A stretch of DNA of 63,183 nt, filler included, from Hausera hauseri (Eukaryota): NCBI GenBank assembly GCA_046269625.1. It is 11 parts of 11 records of this genome, joined end to end, with 100 filler letters (N's around TTAATTAATTAA, not from the genome) between each part and the next. Parts side by side here need not be neighbours in the genome. Positions count along the whole stretch, not along the records: positions 31,168 to 39,230 come from JBJURY010797645.1; positions 39,331 to 44,071 come from JBJURY010454023.1; positions 44,172 to 48,269 come from JBJURY010764318.1; 8 more parts are not named here. The stretch is one strand, 5' to 3'. Made by a program: the position numbers and the translations under genes. Shown in pieces: positions 37,140 to 48,369 of the stretch (the stretch's first letter is position 1; the number at the start of each line of letters is the position of its first letter). The notes under the pieces are model-generated. The model worked only from the letters and a program-made list of their open reading frames with translations. It made no database searches and had not been told where the DNA came from.

Positions 37140-39230
37140 TGTCTTAATAATCACTTACCACTGCTACCTCAAATGCACGCCCGTACTCCGTGTCAACACA
37201 GAAGGAAACCGCCCAAGCTCCCCATGCATTTCACCACTCCCTTGAGATCATTTCGCTGCAACTCTCCTTCATAGTCTTCAGCAATAATCAACACATTAAA
37301 ATCATTAGGGCTCCACTCGACGCCACGGCGCACCTCCTATACATCTCTTTATTCTCCGCACTCAACACTTTCAACTTCCATTTCACACACCGAGGCATCA
37401 CTGTACATCCTATCGACTCTCCTATATTTTTTCTGCCACGAACGTTCAGTTATCCATCTCATGCTCCATTTTCGCCTCCGGGGTGGATCGAACCCAAATC
37501 CATCCTTCTCGGATGATAAATCCACGAATACAGGCAACGTCTATCGTTTGCCACACTCAACAGTCACGAGAATCAGTAAATTTACATTGTGTGGAATTTT
37601 TCCTAGACAAAAACAACTCCAGCAAACCATGGCTCCAATTCCACCAACAGTGGCTAAAATCGAACAACATCACTGATTCTTTTGTGCGAGCCAATAGCCT
37701 CTTAATTCTTCTGCTGCCAACGTCAATCAGAAGATTAATAATATATCCGAGCTGCTACAATCCTCGACACCCTACGAGACACTCTGTGAAGCTGTGCTGC
37801 ATGTCACGAATCCTTCCACTGACAATATAATACAAAAGTATTTTAACTATCACACGATAGAAAGCCAAAAGCCATTTGACTTTCTCCAAACTGCCATTCT
37901 GCACCTTAGAGCTCTAGGAGTGACACCTACGAATAACGCGGATCTAATTCGCCGTTATTTCTTGTCATCGTTGCCCACATCAAACAGAGCCTTACTGACC
38001 GTTGTCTACGAATCCACTGCTATAAAAAAACTGGCGATAATGACTGACAAATTCCTTTGAATTCTTTATACCAACAGTTCTCTCCCTATTGCGACTGCAA
38101 CCACATGTGCGCCAACTACAGACACAACATTTTTACTCAACAACTGCAAATGATGCTGCAACAGTTTGACAAGTTACAGCAGTCGATTTCGGCCATTACT
38201 ACCCAACTAAATAATCTTCATGGGCCTCGACGAAGTGAAACCAGACCGTCAAGGGAGAGAAGCATTTCCAGACACTGCTGGAAGGGATGCTAGGAAATGC
38301 TTTTGGGGTTGCCGGTTTTACAACAAACGGTACGCTGTGGACAACCCTATTTGTGTCTACCACAATAAGTTCCAGTCGCAGGATAGATCATGCGTGCCTG
38401 GTTGCAAACATTACAACAATAAATCTCCTCGCTTTACTTCCTCTTCTTTCTTTTCTTTAAAACCTTCAAAAAGCTAATAATGCCGCCAGATTTTACGGCA
38501 CATTCTGGCGCAGACAATATCGCTCAATCTTCTGGCCGTTTCAACACCGCCTCTGCAGTCTTTCTGTTGAAAGCTGTACTGTTATGTAGAGATACTTCAC
38601 ATGTCGACTTCTTTATAGACTCAGGAGCTGCCTTTTCGCTCCTTCCCTTGTCCTTCGTTCCTACATTGACTATGATTTCCTGTTCACCGCTTTTCACTGT
38701 CAGTGGTCAACTGTTGGACTTTGCAGGAACCACGGAATTGATTTTCACATTCGCCAACTTGCCAGATAAGTTTGTCTGGAAGTTCCACGTGGCCAATATT
38801 AAATCTCCCATAATAGGCTCAGATTTCCTTGTCTCACATGATCTATTGGTCGATTGCAAATACGGCTGTCTTTTAAGAAGGAACTCTATTGCAACTTCAA
38901 ACATGTGTCTCGTAGACAACTTAGCGAGCAATTCATTACACTCATCTGTGAATATGTTGAACGTTTCGTCATCTATAAAAAACTTCAGATAAAGTCGGTA
39001 ATATTTCAGTTATGAACGACAATCATAAATTTATTCTAAAACAAAAATCCAAATTAGGCGTCGACAGTAGCGATGCCAGTTGCTTTTCGTCAATCACTGT
39101 AGCTGTTTTCTCTAATGATATGCCTCATTCATTCTTGTCTCTAGACTCCAATCTTAAATCATACGTCACAACGTCTTGCTTTTGCATAGTTAAAAGGGAC
39201 GTCAACTTCAAGCCTCCATTCACAACTTAT
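37140..39230 (+). mobile_element. CsRN1-like Gypsy element: UBL-Gag plus protease (copy C2)
   Basis: LHFRLRGG at 37464-37487, QKPFDFL..LIRRYFLSSLP, ICVYHNKFQSQDRSCVPGC, protease FFIDSGAAFSLLP...PIIGSDFL. Confidence 0.85.
38468..38510 (+). promoter_or_regulatory. gag/pol -1 frameshift site and pseudoknot (slippery site mutated)
   Basis: AAAAAGC-TAA then TGCCG-CCAGA...CGGCA...TCTGG. The protease ORF is in the -1 frame. Confidence 0.6.
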
Positions 39231-39848
39231 NNNNNNNNNNNNNNNNNNNNNNNNNNNNNNNNNNNNNNNNNNNNTTAATTAATTAANNNNNNNNNNNNNN
39301 NNNNNNNNNNNNNNNNNNNNNNNNNNNNNNGGCTTTTGATACCAGCTTTTTTCTTGTATCCTTGTAACTCGATATTCAGTCGACACTTTAAACCATCATC
39401 GCCATCGAGTACGAGACATTTCACGACCGACACAATCAAACAGTTTCGTATTCTGCGCCGGTAAATCGACAGATTGCTGTTGCACGGTGGTTTCGTTTAA
39501 CTTTAAATCCACGTTTAATTGATGTAAAGCATCAGAAAGTTTATCCAAATTTTCACCCGAAAGCCGATTTACACAAAAGTTGTACTTGGGTGCACATAGA
39601 GAGGCACGGGATCATTCAATGAAATCAGTACGGGCGTTTGCAGAAAATGCATCTCGTACTTGCGAAAAATTCGTTTCGGTAGAAAAATCTGTTTGGCATG
39701 CCAACGGTTTTGATTTTCGTTTACGAATTCCAATCATTGCATTTTGCCTCTTCAATGTCGGTTTTGCTGCGGCTGCTGCTTTCTGAGCAAGTTCCTATTT
39801 CGTTTCCAGACAATCAACCTGCAGACAACCACCCGGTTTTTTTAATTG

Positions 39849-40511
39849 TTAAACGGGTGGTTCCAGCAGTTTGACATTAGAATTGCCCTTTTTGTAGCCA
39901 AACAACCACGACCAATATGAACTTTCATCATTGTCGCCACCACCATCATTGAGTAGAATCGTTTTGTCGTTGTCGTCGTCTTCCATGGCAGTAATGTCTG
40001 AATGGGCATGGGAATGATATTTATAGTTTATTGTTCTTGTGCAATGTACATTATTTTGATTCACTAAAACAGTTGTGCTTTTTAATTGATTAACAATCGG
40101 TTCACAGTACACTGTCCGAATACCGAGTACAACAATTTGTCCACTGCTAAACACATTGACATAGAGTGGGAGAAGCGATGTCAGTCTCAGTGCAGGAAAC
40201 AGTTCTGGTTCATACGTACATTCAGCAGTGGCCATTTCTAATTTGTACAGATTGATTGTTTGGCGGAAGTCTAACTGAGTCGTTACCGTTATTGATTGGA
40301 TTTTGTCAATGACAATTCCGAATGGTAGTAGTTTATCAGCTGTGATTGGTTTTCAACAACCCATAATACGACACTTTCCCGATTGAAATATGATGAATGT
40401 AAAATCCGGTGGACACTTGAAGACATACTGTATCGGCTTCCATTGATTAAAAGGTAGTGTGTTAATGTCACACTCGGTAACATGTCCGCGATAGTTAATA
40501 TTAGCTAACAT
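39849..40511 (-). pseudogene. TATA-binding-protein-like gene with one in-frame TGA
   Basis: Hand translation from ATG 40511: ..FIIFQSGKCRIMGC*..KIQSITVTTQLDFRQTINLYKL..YEPELFPALRL..VNVFSSGQIVVLG. Both TBP repeats are present (IFSSGK..TG; YEPELFPGL..IFVSGKVVLTG). Confidence 0.8.
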
Positions 40512-40604
40512 TATGAAAACAGTGTTTATACTATAACTATTTATATATGTGTCTGTAACACGATTATAAACAATTCATGTGAGGAAAGGTTGTATTATTA
40601 TTAG

Positions 40605-41062
40605 ATGAAGCTGCATAATGATGCTATTTTCCAGATTGTATGCCCAAGTAGAAGTGGGAAACTCACTTTGTGTGTAAATTATTGCAGAACTACCGTGACA
40701 TGTTCCATTCAGCGCAGTACAATCACATTTATTGGCATCAAAGTGTTGGTGACGATGGTGAATCCGGTTTGACACATGAGGAATTTTGTCAATTAAAATC
40801 CATAAAGGTAATTGATGGGTTTGATGAGAACTGGTCTGAGAGATTACGCATCGGTGACGTTATTGTCATTGACGATTTATTTCAAGAAGCCACGAAACAA
40901 TCGGGCTTCAACAACCTGTTCACGAAGATTGCACGACACCGTGGTGTGACGATTATTTTCATTACGCAAAACATGTTCCATCAGGGTGGACAGCATCGAA
41001 CAAGAAATCTAAACCTACACTTATTGACTTCAAACAACAGTGTTCAGATGACATGCGTTTAA
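40605..41062 (+). pseudogene. Polinton packaging ATPase (A32/FtsK-HerA type)
   Basis: Worn Walker A IVCPSRSGK[T]HF with a 1-nt deletion near 40660, Walker B VIVIDDL, then LFTKIARHRGVTIIFITQN. Confidence 0.88.
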
Positions 41063-41367
41063 GATCAGATATTTTCAGTTAGAAAGGTGTACATGTCTAT
41101 AAACAAATTGGAAAATCGACACGATAGTAAGAATAATAATAGTAAAATGAAGAATTTCCGAAAAACAATTGTTAAACGTTAACCAACCAAGAAGGTGACC
41201 GGCAAGAAACGTGTATCAAAACGCAACGCTATAATTAAGCGATTGATCAATTCAGTGCTTCGAACAACAACAACAACATCAGCAGCGAGACGCAGGTTAC
41301 CGTCAAGGTGGCAACGATTATAAACAACTACGAATCGATGCATCAATATTTGTTCATTGATTGAATC

Positions 41368-41691
41368 ATGAGTTTTAAACGAAGACAACCGTACTTTATT
41401 ACTTTGCTTAAAACACCGTCGAGACATAAGTGGAACATGCTGCTCTCATTCTCGCAGTTTGTAGTAGACGATATGATGGAAATTTTATACGATATCGTTG
41501 TGGGTAACGTTGACATTGGTAGTGGAAAGCGTAATTTACTAAAGTATCGAAAACGACTCATTGGCCTTGCCAACGCTCGTAGTAAACGACGGAAACGAGA
41601 GGTAATGTACCAGCAAGATAGCGGATTCCTTAATGCAATTCTACCGGTTGTCACGTCATTACTGGGTGGACTTATTGGCGGAACAGTTTAG
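41368..41691 (+). CDS. Small basic Polinton protein with adenovirus pX-like hydrophobic C-terminus
   Basis: EILYDIVVGNV..LLKYRKRLIGLA..KRRKR..QQDSGFLNAILPVVTSLLGGLIGG, located between ATPase and integrase. Confidence 0.55.
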   Translation: MSFKRRQPYFITLLKTPSRHKWNMLLSFSQFVVDDMMEILYDIVVGNVDIGSGKRNLLKYRKRLIGLANARSKRRKREVMYQQDSGFLNAILPVVTSLLGGLIGGTV

Positions 41692-41844
41692 TATAAACAA
41701 TGACGGTAAGTATATGATGATTTAACAATAAGGGTGCATGGTTTTCATCATTTTGTCTTAATTTACCGAATCTTTCATTATCGTTACGTTCTAATTGCTG
41801 CAATGCTAACAAAAACAACATCATCGACAACACCGACGACAACG

Positions 41845-42823
41845 ATGGGCGACGTATGTTTCGATCCGCGTCATCCCGTCGGCTATACTGGCCTCGACAA
41901 ACTGGCAAAGACTACAAAACAGGGTCGGCGACAAACCCAACGTTGGTTGTAGAAACAGTTAGCATACAGCCTAAACAAACCGATAAGAAGGCGGTTTTTA
42001 ACTCATGCATACCGCGCTGCAGGTGTAAATAATGTATGACAAATGGATCTGATGGAAATAATTCCGTACGCCTGCATCAACGATCGGTATCGGTATGTAT
42101 TGACATGTATTGATGTGTTTAGTCATTTTTCGCGTGCAATTTCTGTCAAATCCATAGCGGTAAAGAGACCGCCGACGCTGTTTACACATTAATAAACCAA
42201 GAACAACAACAACCACCGAAATATGTACAAAGGGATTTGGGTAAAGAATTTTACAACTCCCATGTCGCATTGGTTTTGAGGCGGCTCGGTGTAAACTACT
42301 ACTTGGTGTTTTCACAATACAAGGCTGCACTCATTGAACGATTTAACTGAACCCTACGCGGCCGACTGAACAAATTCTTTACCAAGCATATCATCCATGC
42401 ATACAATCATTCGACACATCGTGGAATCAATGAATTACGGCCGGTGGATATGATCAATAATTTGGTCATGTGACTGTTAATCTTCGTCCAAAATATAGAA
42501 TTGCCGATTATGTACTCATTTGGCGGCTGAGCAGAACGCCATTTATCAGGAATTTCAATCATAACTGGAGCGATGAGATTTTCCGATTTTCAGAAATCAA
42601 CAGAAACAACAACCCGTCATGTACGTTTTGAAAGATGAGAATGGTGAGGAGATGCGTGGTAAACTCTACGAACAGGAACTGCAGATACAGTCAGAGAAAC
42701 CCGACGTATATTGTATTCAGAAAATTATACATTCACGCGGCAAAGGTTAGAATAAATAAATATCTCGTCAAGTGGCACGGATACACCAAGCCAAACTGGA
42801 TGTTTGCATCACAGATCGAATGA
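41845..42823 (+). pseudogene. Polinton integrase with C-terminal chromodomain
   Basis: FDPRHPVGYTGLDKL..WL*KQLAYSLNKPIRRRF..QMDL..YVLTCIDVFS, KAALIERFN, KYLVKWHGY. Confidence 0.88.
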
Positions 42824-43891
42824 TGAGCACTTACTTGGTATTTGATACTGACACGTTCTCATCACTAAATGACAACAATACAGATGAACGGTTTACCATG
42901 GACTTGGACCGACCGCTCGAATAACGCACGGGAACCTGGGAAGCAGCTCTGTCGGAATTCACACTTATATTTGCACCCAAATCAATAGGCGCGAAAAGCG
43001 CTATTTACTTTACCCGACTAGAAAAATACCCTATTCGAAGCCGTTTACAATTAATCCGAGGCTCTAACAAATATATTCTTCGCAATTATTTGGAATACAA
43101 TTTCTCGGTTTATGCTTATTTTTCAAACTACCGTATAAAACTAACACATCAAAATTCAATGGAATTGCAGTTTAAATCCATTAATGATGCTCAGGCATGG
43201 GGTTTTCGATCAGTCAAAGTACGTTCAAAAGGTATACGGCTAGGTGGACNNNNNNNNNNTTGGTGAAAAATTAGGTCTTTCCTCTAATGTGACAACCGCA
43301 ATTGTACTGAACTGCATTAGGTCAGAATCAGTCTTTCGCTTGTATATTGTACCATATGACTTATTTATGGAAACGGAACTGGAATTGTGGAAATGCGTCA
43401 AGAAAACGGCTACATTAGCTCAAGGACATGTCAAATAAATGCAGATTGCCATATTTCGCTTACACTACATGACAATGTTACATATTTTGCTTTTGATGAA
43501 TTATTGGCTTGGAATCTGGGTTTTTCGAAACGCGAATTCTATCAAACCATTGTTGGAGAATCAATTGTTGCCAAATACAAACCGAAACTCCATGGAGCAT
43601 TTCATAGAATCAACATTTTAATGGATTTAACCGAATTTGTACTCCTTGATGGAGAACGTAAACAATTACTGGCTTTTATCGAACTGGATTCTGACACGTA
43701 CAAAACATCGGGTGAAAATGTTTGCGTTAATATGATCAGACCCATATACTTATCATTGTCTCACAATATTGTGCACAGTATTTCCGTATATATGTTTGAT
43801 GAATTTTGGAAACCCAATANNNNNNNNNNCCCAATAAATTTCTGTTTGGGTCAACGACACATTTGACGTTACATTTTTGAAGTCGTCCATA
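42820..43891 (+). pseudogene. Polinton penton (minor capsid)-like protein 1
   Basis: N-term YLVFDTD..FTMDLDRPLE*RTGTWEAALSEF; C-term PIYLSL..ISVYMFDEF..PINF..THLTLHF. Confidence 0.7.
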
Positions 43892-43931
43892 ATAAACAAA
43901 CTGCATAATCATCATTGATATCATTGTGAAA

Positions 43932-44071
43932 ATGAGTATTTACATAGTGTTGCCGAGCAACAGTTGTCCGACGACTCATTCGAACAATTCAGCCAGCGAA
44001 TACGTTGTAGATTGGGACAATCCTTTGGATTTATCTGGAAAATGGGAGGTTGCCCTGTCGGAATTTAACTT
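43932..44071 (+). CDS. Polinton penton-like protein 2, 5' fragment cut by contig end
   Basis: MSIYIVLPSNSCPTTHSNNSASEYVVDWDNPLDLSGKWEVALSEF, the typical LPSNS...WEVAL start. Confidence 0.75.
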
Positions 44072-44171
44072 NNNNNNNNNNNNNNNNNNNNNNNNNNNNN
44101 NNNNNNNNNNNNNNNTTAATTAATTAANNNNNNNNNNNNNNNNNNNNNNNNNNNNNNNNNNNNNNNNNNNN

Positions 44172-46852
44172 CGCCCCTTTCGTTCGTAATATAGAATATT
44201 GTCTTGATTTGATGCACAATATTTATGCCCGTGTCTTTGTAAGTGTTTCTTTAGTTGACGTCCCTTTGACATTTCACTTGCTCGGCAAATTTGACTATTT
44301 GTTGGATAACTTTATCTTTAGCTTCTTATGAAGAAATTTTGATTGTCTTATTTAGAGTTAAAGTTTGTTGTCGCTCGACTAATTCTTCGAGCTGGGATTT
44401 CTTCATTGTCGTAATTGAACTTGCTTTTGTTTTAAGTCTTGATAATGCGTCTACGTCGATATTTTTGCTTCCAGGTTTATATTGGAATTCAATGTTGTAT
44501 CGGGAGATTTCCTCGATCCACCGATTTAGTCTGCATGTCGGGTTATTGGCTCGTCTTTTAACGTTGTAACAGCGTTGTGATCGGTAACTATTATAATTTT
44601 CTGTCCGTAGACAAATATTAAAATGCCTTAAGGCTTCTCTTACGGCTAGTGTCTCCAGTTCAGTAACTGAATAGTTTTTTTCAGCTTTCTTAAGTGATCG
44701 TCCTCCGTATGCAATTGGGTGTTCCAATTCTTCATCTTCTCGTTTCTGAGCCAATTCGCAACCAATTCATTCTTTACTTGCGTCTGTTTTAATTATAAAT
44801 GGTAAATTGAAATCGGGGTATCTTAACACTGGTTCACTTGTTAGAATTTTCTTCGTTTCGTCGAACGCATTATGTTCAACATCGGTCTATTACCATTTTA
44901 TTCCTTTTTTCAATAGCCGATATAATGGCGCATTTATTAGAGTTGTCTGGTACATAAGTGGCATAATATCCACATAAGCCTAGCCAATGCCTTAACTCTT
45001 TCTGATTTTGAGGTTCCGTACAATCCGATATTTTATTTAGTAAAGATTTATCTGGCTTCGACCCTCCTTCTCCGATTATATGTCCGAGATAGAATACAGC
45101 ATTTTGGGCCAATTCACATTTCTTTGGGTTCAGTTTTAATCCTGCCTGTTTCAATCGCATAAGAGTATCTTCGATGTCCTTTAGGTGTTCCTCTTCTGTT
45201 CTTGATGCTATCATTACATCGTCTAAGTATGCGAACGCATGATCGAGTCCCATTAATATTTTATTCATCATTCTGGTGAAGATGGCTGGGCCGGATGTTA
45301 TACCGAAAGGCATGACGTTAAATTCGTAAACTCCGTCGTGCGTCTTAAACGCTGTTTTGTAACGATCGTCTTCTTCAATTTCTACCTGCCCGTATCCTTA
45401 TTGTAAATCCAGTATGGTAAACCACTTCGCTCCTGATAATCTGTCTAAAGCTTCTTTTACTGACGGTAGTGGAAATGAGTCTTTTATCATAAGTGTGATC
45501 AGGGCTCTGTAATCTATACAGAATCGATGTTTCGTGGTACCCTTTTTCTTGACCATGAGTATTGGCGAGTACCAAGACCGATAGCCTGGTCGTATTATGT
45601 CCGCCTTTAACATACTTTCTACCTCTGTTTATTTCGGGCCTTAATGAATGGGGTGGTGGGTACCATTTAGGCATCTTTAGCTCTTCCAAGTCAATTTTGT
45701 CATTGGAGCCAGGTTTCGTTTTTAATGGAATCATTAATCTTAGCGTTTTTGCTCTACCTATATCTTCCTCGTTTTGGGAAATAATCGACTTATATTTGCA
45801 TAATAACTCGGAAAAAAGACAATATGTTTCTGGTGAAAATTTTGTCTCAACATGAGGTGGGATCTCGGCATATTTGTAAGGTTTCTCTTCGATTGTTATT
45901 GTCGATACTTTATAAGTATGACCAAATGTAGTATTGGCATACAGCTTTACGAACGTTGGCGCGTTATTAATTAATCTGACTGGTACTCTTCCTGTCGTTA
46001 CTCTTGTCAAAACGTTACTAAGTATGATATTTGGGCTAACGTCTTCTTGTGGCTCGAAGTACAACGGCTGATCATCCTCCACGCGTATTTGAGCATAAAT
46101 TAGCATTTCGGTTATGGTCAGAATATTCTCGTCGTCGGGAATCCATACTTCTAGTTTCCTCTCTTTCACTGTCTTAATACCTTCAATGGTCCAAGTTCTA
46201 GTAGTTTCCCGGTATGTAAACTTATTGCGATGTTGGGCAATTGTTTCAGTATGTCGCAACCTAACACTACATCATCGGTTAGTTGGTCCATTACAGCAAA
46301 CTCGTGTCGAAGGATTTGGCCCATTAATTGGACTAAGGGACTCCATTTAAATTTCGGTTTAGATTCTTGCCCGAAGGCTCCTATGCTGCCTGGATCTGAC
46401 GACGATGTTGGCTGTAGTTGTTTTCGTAGTGTCGGTGGTATTGATTCTAACTTGATAAACGATTTCTCTGATCCGGTGTAGATTAAGCCATAGACTTCCC
46501 AATCTTCAATGGTAACTTTTGTGAAGGGTCTCCCTTCCGTAGCTGTTCCATAACAATTTGACAAGTCCTTTGGTCGTTTAATTGAAGAAATCTTATGTCC
46601 GTTTATCGTTATTTCTGGGGATGAAATGATATTCTCGGTCAACTGTCTCAGTTCTTCTTTAGGGTATAAGTCGTTGATTGCTACGTTATCTGCGTTGTTT
46701 CTAATTAGTGGTTCTTGTACTGTCGGATGTTGGAACGATTTCGCTCTTTGTGTTCGACAGACTGTTGATCTGGTCTCTATATTGCGGGTTATTCTCGGTG
46801 AGTACAATATCCTATGGTCATCTTCTGCTCGTGTTTGATCAGTGATCTGCAT
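44172..46852 (-). pseudogene. pol: Ty3/Gypsy pol (PR-RT-RNaseH), disrupted
   Basis: EVYGLIYTGS (catalytic D lost), YSPILMVKKKGTTKHRFCIDYRAL, YLDDVMI, NYSVTELETLAV. Confidence 0.93.
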
Positions 46853-46928
46853 TTTCTTTAATACTCCGTATTGTTTTGTTCCTTCATAAGGGTCTTCATA
46901 GCTGAAAGTTTTACGATGAGTTTCCGAT

Positions 46929-48269
46929 TTATGACATCATAGATGTTCTGTCGCAATCTTCGTATATTGGAGCCGTTGGTGGCATGATGGGCAAAGGTGC
47001 CTTGATTACTGAATACATTTTATGTCTATTTTGTCTGAGGATTGCTTCTCCTCCCTTAGGCTCGTCATCATCGGAGTCATTTCTTCGTGCTGTTGATTTC
47101 TTAACTTTACGTTTCGATCGAAATGTGGGTCTTGCTCGCCGTTTATATTTATGATAGCCGATATGGCGTTCAACGTCATTTTTCCATCGGTTTTCTTCGT
47201 ATGCTTTAAGCATTTTGCCGAACTGTGTGATAATTGCGGTTAAGATCTTGCAGGAAAATCCTGTTAGCGTGAATATTTTGTACCCATTTATAACCGCTTG
47301 GATTACCGCTTTTATTAGTTGTACCAAGTAATAGATTGCTAAAAATCCAGATGCGGCTTGTTCAAAGATTAAAAATCTTCCCCATATTTTGTAGAGTATT
47401 TCTGTGGTTACCCGTTGGTAATGGTTCGCACCCAGCAGGGATTCCCATTTAGCCTGGTAGCGAGTATCGTCCACTACGAATGCCATGGTTTGATTTAATT
47501 CGTGTGTTTGCTGTCGTGGAAAAGCTAGGAATTGTCGAAAAGCTTCGATTTCTTTAGGCCTGTAAATACCTTTTTGAGATATATCCTGAAACTTGTCATC
47601 AGTAATTCCTTTTGCTAAATGAGTTCCAATTAGTATTTTAGGAATGATAGTAACGCCTCCATTTGGTAAGCTAACCCAATCTGTTTCGCTACGCCTAAAC
47701 ATTGGTTTACCCAAACTTGCTTTACAGTCCTTTAGTATTATAGGTTGTATTGCGTTGTCTAGCAACACTCTAGTGAGGGGCATGGCTAAGCGCGGAGTGT
47801 TCTGATAGATTACAGGAAGCTCTTGGATACACCGTTTTTCTTCGACATTAATTGGTACGTCTCTTCTCGCACTCGTAGGTTAGTAGGACCTCGCCAGTAA
47901 CTCGGCCGAAGATTCCTTCTCTTATAGGAATTATTGATGAGGCTAACTCCGGGTTCTCAGAAATAAGAGCTAATTTTGTTCTCATAATTTCCGTATCTAA
48001 TTTGCAGTCATTAGTTATCATTTTGTGATATAGTTTGGCTATTCCGACTTGTCCTTTATAATAGAAATAATCGTCTCGGTTTTTCAGATAATCTTCAATT
48101 TGAATGTCTTGCGTTTCTAAGTTGTATGTTTTCGCGCTTATCTCCGTTTCTGCGACGAAGAACGCTTCGTATTTAGTGGTGAACATCACTACTTCGCAAC
48201 GTGAAATCATTTCCTTTTTTATGCATTTCAATCCATGCTGATCAGAGATTAATATCGTATGTGTATGAT
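46929..48269 (-). pseudogene. Chuvirus-like glycoprotein, C-terminal half with PTAP tail
   Basis: ORFs 47848-48231 and 46929-47783; WGRFLIFEQAASGFLAIY; PPTAPIYE. Confidence 0.82.
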
Positions 48270-48369
48270 NNNNNNNNNNNNNNNNNNNNNNNNNNNNNNN
48301 NNNNNNNNNNNNNTTAATTAATTAANNNNNNNNNNNNNNNNNNNNNNNNNNNNNNNNNNNNNNNNNNNN

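Larger units (their letters stand above)
39331..44071. mobile_element. Polinton/Maverick (adintovirus-like) endogenous element fragment, decayed
   Basis: Clustered packaging ATPase, small basic pX-like ORF, retroviral-type integrase with chromodomain and two penton-like genes. No pPolB, major capsid or TIR in the contig. Confidence 0.88.
44172..48269 (-). mobile_element. Same large Gypsy family, copy G5: glycoprotein C-half - PR - RT - RNase H
   Basis: Colinear with G1 and G4. Confidence 0.92.
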
